This document shows, piece by piece, positions 9,108 to 19,831 of a DNA stretch of 64,000 nucleotides; position 1 is the stretch's first letter; the number at the start of each line of letters is the position of its first letter. The stretch is from an uncultured Methanosarcinaceae archaeon (lineage in GTDB: Archaea > Halobacteriota > Methanosarcinia > Methanosarcinales > Methanosarcinaceae): positions 160,001 through 224,000 of the forward strand of contig CAWJYV010000008.1 of the NCBI GenBank assembly GCA_963847185.1. The letters run 5' to 3'. The notes under the pieces were generated by a model. It did not search any database. It was not told the DNA's origin and saw only the letters and a list, made by a program, of their open reading frames with translations. The translations under genes and the position numbers were made by a program.

Positions 9108-10358
9108 TCACTCAGTTTTTCCGAATGTTATCGAATATGTAAAACTCTCCATATTTTCCGGCAGAATTGAAAGTTCCCATTCTCCGACTGTACCTGGAAT
9201 TGTATATGTTTCTGCATAGTGCTTGTTTGTGTTTTGATATATTGAGGTGTCATCCATTGCCCATAAGGGGAAAGAGTATCCTCCGACACTTACATAGTTG
9301 TTCTGGATTATTTTTGCAGGGGTTATGCAGATAGAACGGGAATTGCATTTCAGACTCACTTTAAAAGAAGGTTCTTCAGTTTTTGGGGAAATACGCAGTC
9401 CCATATTCTGGTCGTAAGAATCAGTTGAAACTTCAATCGTTACTGGAGCATTATTTGTGGTATTGAAAGTTTTCATGTAGGGAACCGTGGGCTGCAGCAT
9501 AGCCCTGAAATACAGGCTTAACTGCGGGTTAGATCCATCATTAGCACTGGATTTTCCATCCACATTCATGTCTATGTAGCCATTGAAATAACCCGTCGCA
9601 TTTTCCGGAACAGGTACCCTGATGGTCATGCAGGTAATTTCACCTTTTTTTATGACTGAAGGGGCAGAGATTACCACGTCGTCATTACTCAGACCGAATG
9701 CACTGGCTGAAATATCATACATGTAGCTGGTCACTTTAGGGTCAATTGTAACGTCTTTATCTGCCACATTTTTAATTTTGACCATATACTCGTATTCTTC
9801 TCCTGCCTCAACAGTATCGGAGATATAGGTTGTTTGAAGCTCTATTTTCGGACTTGCCTGGACTGAGATATCGAGCTTCATTAAATTGGCATATTCTGTT
9901 GAATCTGGCAGAAGATCATCTGTGAAGGCTACGGCTGCTTGATAGCCTGCACTTGCCTCATCCTTCGGAACACTTACTTCAACTGTAAATTCCTGTATTT
10001 CGTCTGGCTCTACTGTTACATTTGTCGGAGACACGGTGATCCAACTTTCAATTATACCTTTCCCATTCTCAGCGAGAGACACTACTTCAGGTGTTATCTC
10101 AAGCGATTCGTTACCTCCGTTCCTGAAACTGACAGTAAACTTTTCGCTATTTCCTGCAGTTAGATATGTGTAATGATAAGTCGGATTTATGGTATGTACT
10201 GTGACATTTTCATTAGTTACATTTTCGTAAATAAGATCTTCAGAAATTATAATTTCTTCAGAAACTTCTTGCTTAGCGCACGCAGATTGTATAAGTATCA
10301 GGCAAAGCAGCATTCCTAAAAGCTGGGGGATTACCTTTACTCTATTATTTTTGTTCAT
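9108..10358 (-). CDS. Secreted/cell-surface protein with probable Ig-like beta domains
   Basis: N-terminal hydrophobic signal peptide; beta-rich T/V/E composition (FTVSFRNGGN, YMVKIKNVAD). Confidence 0.65.
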   Translation of the reverse strand: MNKNNRVKVIPQLLGMLLCLILIQSACAKQEVSEEIIISEDLIYENVTNENVTVHTINPTYHYTYLTAGNSEKFTVSFRNGGNESLEITPEVVSLAENGKGIIESWITVSPTNVTVEPDEIQEFTVEVSVPKDEASAGYQAAVAFTDDLLPDSTEYANLMKLDISVQASPKIELQTTYISDTVEAGEEYEYMVKIKNVADKDVTIDPKVTSYMYDISASAFGLSNDDVVISAPSVIKKGEITCMTIRVPVPENATGYFNGYIDMNVDGKSSANDGSNPQLSLYFRAMLQPTVPYMKTFNTTNNAPVTIEVSTDSYDQNMGLRISPKTEEPSFKVSLKCNSRSICITPAKIIQNNYVSVGGYSFPLWAMDDTSIYQNTNKHYAETYTIPGTVGEWELSILPENMESFTYSITFGKTE

Positions 10359-10876
10359 GTTTCTGGCTCCATTCTTTTTTCAAGAATAAAACCTTTCTAA
10401 CTTCCTGTTCACGTTTTTCAAGTACCTGCAGGTAACTGTATTTCAGGGGGATAACATTGTTAAACTGAAACTCAGCAACTTAAAACCTGCACTGATCTAT
10501 CAATGTTCTTATGTGGGGGATAACTCGTAAACATATTACAAAAAGTTAGAAAGTAATACTTACGATATGTGTCATACTATAAAATATTTGTGAGTTCTCA
10601 CTCTCTTCCTGTTTAGAAGAGAAAGGTTCAGAAGAAAAGAGTTAAAAGGTAATTTTCATAACTACTTTAAAACGCTATCTATAAGCATTATTTCTCGGCT
10701 CGGGAAATAATTCTTTTCTCAAAAAAGTAATATCTGATTTTTCTTGAAGAAAGTTGCCTTTTCCTTGGCTTACCTATTATTCAAAGTCTGGATTACTTTC
10801 ACATTCCTCCCCAAAAATTAATAACTTCCAGATCCGATTTTTTAGTATCCACTCAACAGCAACAGAGGTTACCATT

Positions 10877-11638
10877 TTGAGACGAGAAAAAGAAGAGATC
10901 GCTGTCCTTGTTAGAGCTACCCCTGAGAAAGGTAAAAGGGATGGGGAAGAACATGCTGTCGGAGTGATTGGCATTACAAAAGATGGGGAACTTCTGAGAT
11001 TGTATCCTATGGGGTTCAGATACTGGGAAGGACTCGTTGATTTCAAAAAAAATGATCTGCTTGAGGTCACGCTTACCAAGCCTGAGCATGATATAAGATG
11101 GGAAAGCAGGAAAGTTCTCAATTATGTGAACCTGGAGAGACCCCTTAAAGAGAGGGAAGTAAAGGAACTTATCCTGCCGCTTGTAACGTCTGTAGAAAGG
11201 CTGAATATCGAGAGAGTCAGCCTGGGAGTAATAAAGCCGGAAATTCTGGATATTGAGATAAAGGTAAACAGCATTGAAACTCTCGACAGGCAGCAGTATT
11301 TTAATCTCATGGGAGATTTCCTGGAAAAAGGGGAGAGGGCCAGAATGCCTGTAGAAGTCAGGTACATTTTCAGGTGCGAAGGTGAAGAGGCATGCAGAGG
11401 GCACAAATTTTTTTTGCTTGACTGGGAATTCAACGAGATTGTAAGAAATCTCATACGGGGGGAACAGGAACCTTCGGGTGTGGAGAAGAAGATAAGAAAA
11501 CATTTCTTTAATCTAATGCAGGAAAAAGAACTCTATTTTATGCTGGGAACTCATTTTACGTACGGAACCTGGATGATTACAGGACTTTTCTGCCCTGAAA
11601 AAAATGATAAGAAACAGAAAAACCTCTCCGGATTTTAA
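10877..11638 (+). CDS. Conserved hypothetical protein with C-terminal PIP-like motif
   Basis: RBS GAGGT then TTG at 10877; motifs GITKDGELLRLYP, DWEFNE, LYFMLGTH...WMITGLFCP; ends QKNLSGF. Confidence 0.7.
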   Translation: MRREKEEIAVLVRATPEKGKRDGEEHAVGVIGITKDGELLRLYPMGFRYWEGLVDFKKNDLLEVTLTKPEHDIRWESRKVLNYVNLERPLKEREVKELILPLVTSVERLNIERVSLGVIKPEILDIEIKVNSIETLDRQQYFNLMGDFLEKGERARMPVEVRYIFRCEGEEACRGHKFFLLDWEFNEIVRNLIRGEQEPSGVEKKIRKHFFNLMQEKELYFMLGTHFTYGTWMITGLFCPEKNDKKQKNLSGF

Positions 11639-11814
11639 AATTACTACATATAATCGATTAAAAAGTCCAAAATAGGAAAGGCTAATAAGAGGAAATGCTC
11701 TCTAAAATTAAAAACTATACAAAATAAAAATTATACAAAAGTAAAAGGCATGAGTAACTGTAAAAGGTATAATAAGGAAGAGAAAAATCATTCACAGGTT
11801 GACTATAAAATTTC

Positions 11815-12999
11815 TCATCCCTCAAGTTCTTTTGCTAAAAAAGTTTCAAGCCTGTCCATACCTTCTTTTATATTCTCTATGCTATTAGCATAGGAAAAAC
11901 GCAAATAGCCCTCTGCCCCGTTCCCGAAATCAATTCCTGGAGTTACTGCAACCCCTGCCTCATTAAGAATGCGACGGCTTAACTCAAGAGAATCGTGGCT
12001 GTATTTGCGGGCATCGGCAAGGACATAGAAAGCTCCCATTGGCTCTTTGCGGACTTCAAGACCCATGCCAAGAAGTCTTTTCAGCATGTACTGGCGGCGC
12101 GTGTTATAGGTCTGGACCATCTCCTTAACATGTTCCTGAGATCCTTTAAGGGCTGCAATTCCTGCCTCCTGGACAAAGGAGTTGGCGCAGATGAAAAAGT
12201 TCTGATGGATTTTCTGAATCGCACGGACGCATTCAGGGGGGCAGATAATGTAGCCGAGTCTCCAGCCTGTCATAGCATACAATTTTGAAAAGCCGTTCAG
12301 GACAAAGGCATTTTTCGTGTATTCCAGAATACTATGTTCTTCTCCGCTGTAGATGAGGCCCTGGTATATTTCATCCGAGATAATAGGAATGCCTTTTTCA
12401 TCTGCTATTGCTGCAAGGCCCTGAAGGCTTTCTGAAGACGTGACATGTCCGCCAGGATTTGAAGGGCTGTTGATAAGTATCGCTTTGGTATTGAGACTAA
12501 GAAGATGCCTGACTGTTTCAGGTTCGAGGGCAAAACCGTTAATCTCATTCGTGTAAACGAAAACAGGCGTTCCGCCAAGATGTTTAACAAAATTCGGATA
12601 GCAGGCGTAGTGGGGGTTTGACATGATTACTTCATCCCTTTTTTCCAGTAGAGCCATAAAAACCACCAGTAGACCTGCACTTGTCCCGGTTGTTACTATG
12701 ACCTGACTTGGGCTAATATCTACCCCGAATTTCTGGTGGTAAGACTCAACTATTGCCTCTCTAAGGGAAAGAAGTCCCTGGCTATGGGTATATTTTGTAG
12801 CCCCCCTGCCAATAGCATCACAGGCCGCTTCACAGATATGTGGCGCTGTAGGGAAATCAGGCTCTCCTACTTCAAGATGGATTATATGTCTTCCCTGAGC
12901 TTCCAGAGCCTGGGCACTTTCCAGAACTTCCATCACATAGAAAGGGGGGATATCTTCAGATTTTTTAGATAAGATACATTTGGAGTTTATAGATAACAT
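11815..12999 (-). CDS. PLP-dependent aminotransferase class I/II (aspartate aminotransferase-like)
   Basis: GEPDF, NSPSNPGG, SDEIY, NGFSKLYAMTGWRLGY, YLRFSYA. Confidence 0.93.
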   Translation of the reverse strand: MLSINSKCILSKKSEDIPPFYVMEVLESAQALEAQGRHIIHLEVGEPDFPTAPHICEAACDAIGRGATKYTHSQGLLSLREAIVESYHQKFGVDISPSQVIVTTGTSAGLLVVFMALLEKRDEVIMSNPHYACYPNFVKHLGGTPVFVYTNEINGFALEPETVRHLLSLNTKAILINSPSNPGGHVTSSESLQGLAAIADEKGIPIISDEIYQGLIYSGEEHSILEYTKNAFVLNGFSKLYAMTGWRLGYIICPPECVRAIQKIHQNFFICANSFVQEAGIAALKGSQEHVKEMVQTYNTRRQYMLKRLLGMGLEVRKEPMGAFYVLADARKYSHDSLELSRRILNEAGVAVTPGIDFGNGAEGYLRFSYANSIENIKEGMDRLETFLAKELEG

Positions 13000-13198
13000 A
13001 AAAGGCCTCTAAAAAACAATTATTGTGAAAGGTACTGAATTAAAAGGAAGTAACATCGCTGAAGCTATACCTGAATCTGCGTATGCTTTCAATATTTAAA
13101 TATTCTGTGGAAAATAGCAAGCCAGACTTAACAGAACACAAGAAATAGAACACAAGAAAAATTAATTCCTGGTATGAAACCAGTTTTATGGAGTAATC

Positions 13199-13837
13199 TT
13201 AATTTGGCATGATCTTTTCGAGAATCTCTACCTCAGGTCTATCCCAACCCTGTTCTTCAAGTGTTTTTGCAAAGTCTTGTTGAAAAATCTGGAATTTTTC
13301 GAGGTTTTCAGGGAAAATATTAAGGAAGTCATAGTCTCCATATGCACCTGAGAAGAAAGAAACAACTGTTTCTTCAAACTTTTCTTCTATCCTCTGCGGG
13401 TACCAGAACCCGTTCTGTGAGAGTAGAACAAGGTTAGGATCAGGAATAGGGATCTCGTCCGAGTAAGTATAAAACCCTACAAAAATCTCTTCCCCATATT
13501 TTGCAAGAACAAGTTTCTTCTCAAATCCAGATCTCTGGAGTTTAAGGAACCATTCTCCCTTTAGAAGATCACTAAGTTCCTTGATAATTTTGTGGGCTTT
13601 GAGAATCTTTTCCGCCACCTGCTGTATTTCCAGGATTACAGTCTTGCGCTGCTCCTCAGGCATTTCCAGGCAGGATTTACAGGTTTCCCCTTCTGGAGCG
13701 CCTGCATGCCTGATGTTTACTCCTTCGCCTGAGTCCGTCAGCTTTTCAGCCTGTTTCCCATACGCTTTTCCCTCATCCTTTCGGGATTCTGGTGTGTTCT
13801 GCATCTCGATTTCAGGAATTTCTCTCATAATTAGCAC
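13199..13837 (-). CDS. Hypothetical protein (DUF6908-like C-terminal domain)
   Basis: Long ORF; FLKL...IPDPNLVL...WYP...LEEQGW pattern. Confidence 0.55.
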   Translation of the reverse strand: MLIMREIPEIEMQNTPESRKDEGKAYGKQAEKLTDSGEGVNIRHAGAPEGETCKSCLEMPEEQRKTVILEIQQVAEKILKAHKIIKELSDLLKGEWFLKLQRSGFEKKLVLAKYGEEIFVGFYTYSDEIPIPDPNLVLLSQNGFWYPQRIEEKFEETVVSFFSGAYGDYDFLNIFPENLEKFQIFQQDFAKTLEEQGWDRPEVEILEKIMPN

Positions 13838-13878
13838 CCCTATGATATATAGGTGGGAACATCAATAAATAATGATAC

Positions 13879-14616
13879 TTACCTTTGAGATGAGATCTCT
13901 GGATCTAAGATTTGTTCAGATTCCTGACCTGTTTTTACTTTGGCTGCGCAGACTCCTCTATTCATTTCGGAACCTGAAGTCATATCCCCATTTTCTGAAG
14001 TAAGCCATCTGACTCCTAGATACACTAATGGCGTATCAAGGATTGAAAAACCGATTTTAAGAGTCCAGAGTGGCAGAATCATATGGAGGACGTAGACAGC
14101 ATCCACCTCCGGAGTCACCTTATAGAAAGCGAGAAACATAAAAACAACTGAATCGATAAGTTGGGAAACGATTGTTGAAAGGCTATTTCTGAACCAGAGA
14201 TACCTGCCATTTGTTTTCTGCTTCAAGAGGCTAAAAGCCCAGATGTCATGGAGCTGACTTATTAAAAAAGCTGTTACACTCGCCGCAATAATACGCAGAG
14301 AGCTTGAAAAAACAGTGGTGTAAGCCTCATTACCATAATATGTAGGAGAGGGGGGAAGACCCGTACTCAGGGATACGAAAAAAAATGCAATGCAAAGTGA
14401 TAGGAAACCAGAATGTACAAAAATCTTTGAAGCTTCTTTTCCCTTAACTTCTACTACTATATCCGTGATCAAGAAAGTAAGCGGGTATTCAAAAAAACCT
14501 ACTGATTTTATGATCCCAAAAATTTCAATCCGCTTGCTTCCAAGAAGGTTTCCAAGGAGCAGACAGCTGACAAAAGTAGTAAGCAGAAGCTGCAGTTTGT
14601 AGTCAATGGATTTCAT
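13879..14616 (-). CDS. YhhQ/VUT family queuosine/archaeosine precursor (preQ0/preQ1) transporter
   Basis: YPLTFLITDIVVEVKG, RIIAASVTAFLISQLHDIW, LWFRNSLSTIVSQLIDS, DTPLVY. Confidence 0.85.
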   Translation of the reverse strand: MKSIDYKLQLLLTTFVSCLLLGNLLGSKRIEIFGIIKSVGFFEYPLTFLITDIVVEVKGKEASKIFVHSGFLSLCIAFFFVSLSTGLPPSPTYYGNEAYTTVFSSSLRIIAASVTAFLISQLHDIWAFSLLKQKTNGRYLWFRNSLSTIVSQLIDSVVFMFLAFYKVTPEVDAVYVLHMILPLWTLKIGFSILDTPLVYLGVRWLTSENGDMTSGSEMNRGVCAAKVKTGQESEQILDPEISSQR

Positions 14617-14671
14617 AGGCTCAGGGTTTTTAATCGAGCTTTTGGATACCGCTGGCAGGAAAGAAAAGAAA

Positions 14672-15508
14672 TTATCTTAATCGTTCGGCTCTTCTAAATA
14701 TATTTTGCGGAGATCGATCTACTTCATCACAGATAATCCTGTGAGGTACTGAGGCAGGCAGGATGGAATATGCCTGATTGTCCGTACCCCTGAGTCCCCA
14801 GGTCTCATCCGTGAGCAGGAAATAGGAATTTTCAAGCCTGACGCCTTTTTCTTTCAGGGACGAGATAACTGATAGATCAGACAGGTCTTTTCTGATCTCT
14901 TCTGCAGCTTTTACCTGAGTGCCTGGCCCTCCTTTTTTTACAAGATAAAGCCTGTCATCTGAGAGGATTCTTTCCATATTTCGGATTACCAGCCTGTAGC
15001 AGGTTTTTTTATTCGTAGATTGTTTCTCATTTTTCTCCAGATAAAGGACATTGCGTCCGTTTCGGGCAATATCTGATAGAATGCTCTCCTGTCGTGAAAA
15101 AGATTCAACTTCAAATGTAGGAATATCCAGGAAAAAAACAGGAAACTTTTTAGAAAGGCTGTCAGCAGTTGCCTGATTCACCTTTTCTCGAGGAATATAT
15201 TCAAAGCTGATATTGGACCCTGAGAATTCTTTTTCAATTTCTTCCTTTTTAGCCTGAAAAAGCTTTACTGCTTCCGTAGAGTCGTTATAAATAACTATAT
15301 CCCTGTCGGTTTCAAAGAAGATCCTTGTCAGTTTGACTGCGAAACCAAGGGCTGCAAGTTCACAGCTCAGGTTATTTTCGGGAACGCCAGAGACTTTTGT
15401 CGTAGATTGATGGATCTGCCTGCCGTCTCTAAGAACTGTGCAGCCTATATAAGAGTCCTCATTTTCGTTATAAGAGGAATCACAGTAAACTTCAAACATG
15501 ATTTTCAC
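14672..15508 (-). CDS. RNase H-like domain protein with C-terminal extension
   Basis: VYCDSS, NNLSCELAAL, IYNDSTEAV, EYIPREKVNQATADSLS match the RNase HI D-E-D-D layout. Confidence 0.75.
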   Translation of the reverse strand: MKIMFEVYCDSSYNENEDSYIGCTVLRDGRQIHQSTTKVSGVPENNLSCELAALGFAVKLTRIFFETDRDIVIYNDSTEAVKLFQAKKEEIEKEFSGSNISFEYIPREKVNQATADSLSKKFPVFFLDIPTFEVESFSRQESILSDIARNGRNVLYLEKNEKQSTNKKTCYRLVIRNMERILSDDRLYLVKKGGPGTQVKAAEEIRKDLSDLSVISSLKEKGVRLENSYFLLTDETWGLRGTDNQAYSILPASVPHRIICDEVDRSPQNIFRRAERLR

Positions 15509-15755
15509 CTTTTTATCAAAAGAAAATAGAACATAAAATAAATTTCGAAATATAATCCAAGCTTATAGATTATAAAGTAACATCATGAATCAATAGTTGT
15601 TGTTACTGCTAAGTATGATATTAGAAGGTTGTGCATAATTAAGATAAAAAGAGTTCTCAATTTTCATCATAACTGAAATAAATTAATAATTGAATGACAA
15701 ATTCAAAGAAGAAGAGAAGAAAAAAAGAGAAAAAGGTAAAGAAAAAGGACTGAAA

Positions 15756-17372
<1,617 letters not shown>

Positions 17373-17497
17373 TCACCTTGATTAAGATCAAATATGCTCT
17401 TATTGAGTCTGGGTATTATTAAGTCAGATTAAGTCAGGGTATATCCTGATCAGGGATATCCTGATTCATTTTGTTTCAAATTAGATTTTCTCCAGCA

Positions 17498-17776
17498 TTA
17501 TTCTTCCACAAATGTTGCCAGGACATCCTTGAAGTCTACAAAAAGGTATTTTTCCCCATCTATTTCAACTTCGTCTGATTGATATCCCCCATAAATCACA
17601 CGGTCCCCTTTTTTCAGGGGCAGTTCCTTCCCGTCTTCAAAAGTCCCCACAGCAATAACGATTCCTTCCTTATTCTCTTTCTGTGCAGACTCAGGGATAT
17701 AGATCCCGCCTTTTGTCACTTCTTCTTTTTTCAGATGTTTGAGTAACACTCGTTCGCCAATAGGTCTGATAATCAC
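17498..17776 (-). CDS. groES: Co-chaperonin GroES
   Basis: IRPIGERVL...TKGGIYIPESA...GDRVIY; GTG start at 17776 after GGAGG. Confidence 0.95.
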   Translation of the reverse strand: MIIRPIGERVLLKHLKKEEVTKGGIYIPESAQKENKEGIVIAVGTFEDGKELPLKKGDRVIYGGYQSDEVEIDGEKYLFVDFKDVLATFVEE

Positions 17777-17989
17777 TATTTTATTCCTCCTTATACGCAA
17801 GTGATTCTATATTAGCTGAACATTCACTGACAGTTATAAGTCAATACAGAATTGGTGAACATTTTGAGCAAGAAAATGCCCAACTATCTGCATATAATGT
17901 AAAACTTGTATTTATAAATTGCCCGAATAAATAAATATGATATTCAAAAAATAGAGATGATGTCTACAAATTGAAGAAAATATATATAT

Positions 17990-18421
17990 GTGAAACTCCA
18001 AAATATTACCCAGATGGTTCAGGAGATTATTCTAAGAAACATTGAAAAACCTCGGATCAAAAGTCTGGAAGAAGATCTTTTATGGTTCTGCGATAGCTTT
18101 GGCTTTTCTGCAGGAAGGGACACCGAAAACACTGCCACCAGAATAATCTTCAGCCTGCTTGACAAGCTCTCAAATGACGAAACCGTCTCTTCGGAAGCCC
18201 TTGCAGGAGATCTTGAGATTAAGATTTCCAGAGTCAACCACCACCTGCGGAATCTCAATGACTCTGGCCTCCTTTACAGGAAAAAAGGTCTGATTTATCT
18301 TCGGGGAGGCAGTTTAAAAGCTGCAGTCGAGGAGATGAGAAAGGATTCGGAAAGGATCCTTGATGAACTGGAAGGCATGGCCGAAGAAATAGATTCCTTG
18401 ATGGGACTCAAGAACAGGTAA
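17990..18421 (+). CDS. Winged-helix (ArsR-like) transcriptional regulator, divergent from groES
   Basis: SSEALAGDLEIKISRVNHHLRNLNDSGLL HTH pattern. Confidence 0.75.
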   Translation: MKLQNITQMVQEIILRNIEKPRIKSLEEDLLWFCDSFGFSAGRDTENTATRIIFSLLDKLSNDETVSSEALAGDLEIKISRVNHHLRNLNDSGLLYRKKGLIYLRGGSLKAAVEEMRKDSERILDELEGMAEEIDSLMGLKNR

Positions 18422-18496
18422 CTGTAGAAATGTAACGCAAGAAAAAAGATAATTAACCGGAAATAAATTCAATAATAAGCTCATTTATTATTTATC

Positions 18497-19620
18497 GTGA
18501 ATAAAGTTTCCATAGTCCGCTGTCCTGACTATTCTCTTACAAAAAGAGCAATAGCAGAAGCTCTGGAGCTTGTAGGAGGCCTTGAAAGTTCAATCGATCC
18601 CGGAGACCGTGTGCTTCTCAAACCAAATATTCTTGCGGCCAGCCCTCCGGAAGCTGCCGCCACAACTCACCCTTATGTAGTGGCTTCAATGTGTGAATTC
18701 GTGCTTCAGGCAGGAGGGAAACCGATTGTAGGTGACGGCTCAGGAATCTCAAGGCCCGGAGCTACTGCAAAAGCCCTGAAAGCCTCAGGTATAGAAGAAG
18801 CGGCCAGAAAAGCCGGAGCCAATATTGTAAATTTTGAAACCTCAGGCTTTACTCTTGTCGAAGTTCCTCAACCCCTTCAGTTCAGTAAGATATACCTTGC
18901 AAATCCCATTCTTGAATCGGATGTTGTAATATCTCTTCCCAAATTGAAAACTCACGAACTTACCTATTACACAGGTGCGGTAAAGAACTTTTTCGGAGCC
19001 ATTCCCCTGAAATGCCGAAAGAAATGCATCTACTTGGAAAAAAAGAGCTTTTTGGCGAGGCTGTTGCCGACATATACTCTGTAATCAAACCTCATTTTGC
19101 AGTTATGGATGGAATTATAGGTATGGAGGGAAACGGGCCTTCCCATGGAAAACCTGTAAATTCCGGTGTAATTCTGGCAAGTCGGGATTGCGTTTCTCTG
19201 GATATTGTTGCTGCAGAGATGATTGGTTGTGATCCTCTTAATATCCCAACAACTTCAGGCGTCCTCAAGAAAGGTTTTGGAAATCAATGCCCTGTTATCG
19301 TCGGAACGCCGTTGAAAGAAGTCAAAATGAAATTTAAACCTTCAAGCGGAGGAGTAAGTACGGCTCCTACGTTTCTAACCCGCCATCTAGGCAAATACTT
19401 CACTATTTATCCGCAGATAAACAGGAGAAAGTGCACTCACTGCGGGGCCTGTTATTATAATTGTTCTCCCCATGCTATTGAAAGACTTGAAGATGGGAGT
19501 TTCAGGATTAACAACGAAAAATGCATTTTATGTTACTGCTGCCGTGAACTCTGCCCGAATAATGCCGTAGATATCAAAAAGTCGTTACTTGCAACTCTTC
19601 TGACAGAAAGGAAAACCTAA
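18497..19620 (+). pseudogene. DUF362 + 2x[4Fe-4S] ferredoxin-domain protein, frameshifted at ~19018-19020
   Basis: GDRVLLKPN, ISLPKLKTH, TGAVKNFFG in ORF1; DGIIGMEGNGP, CTHCGAC, CILCYCCRELCP in ORF2; adding one A in TGCCGAAAGAAATG joins them. Confidence 0.8.
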
Positions 19621-19831
19621 TTGATAAAGACGTGGTCAAAGCGTAGAAAGTTTAAATTGGAAAACATTTATGTGGGCATTAAAACCGAAGACTAATTTCT
19701 TTCATTTCTTGCCTGATTACTAAATTTCCTTTCTATTTTATAATTAATTATTAAAGTGTTAACTAAAACTCATTCTATAAACCAAAATTAATACATTGGA
19801 GGCATAATTTAATGCCCCCAATACTTTTTTC

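Noticed and set aside
17817-17826. GAACATTC resembling a eukaryotic heat-shock element upstream of groES
   Set aside because: Too short to be significant, and archaea lack HSF; kept only as a candidate local motif.
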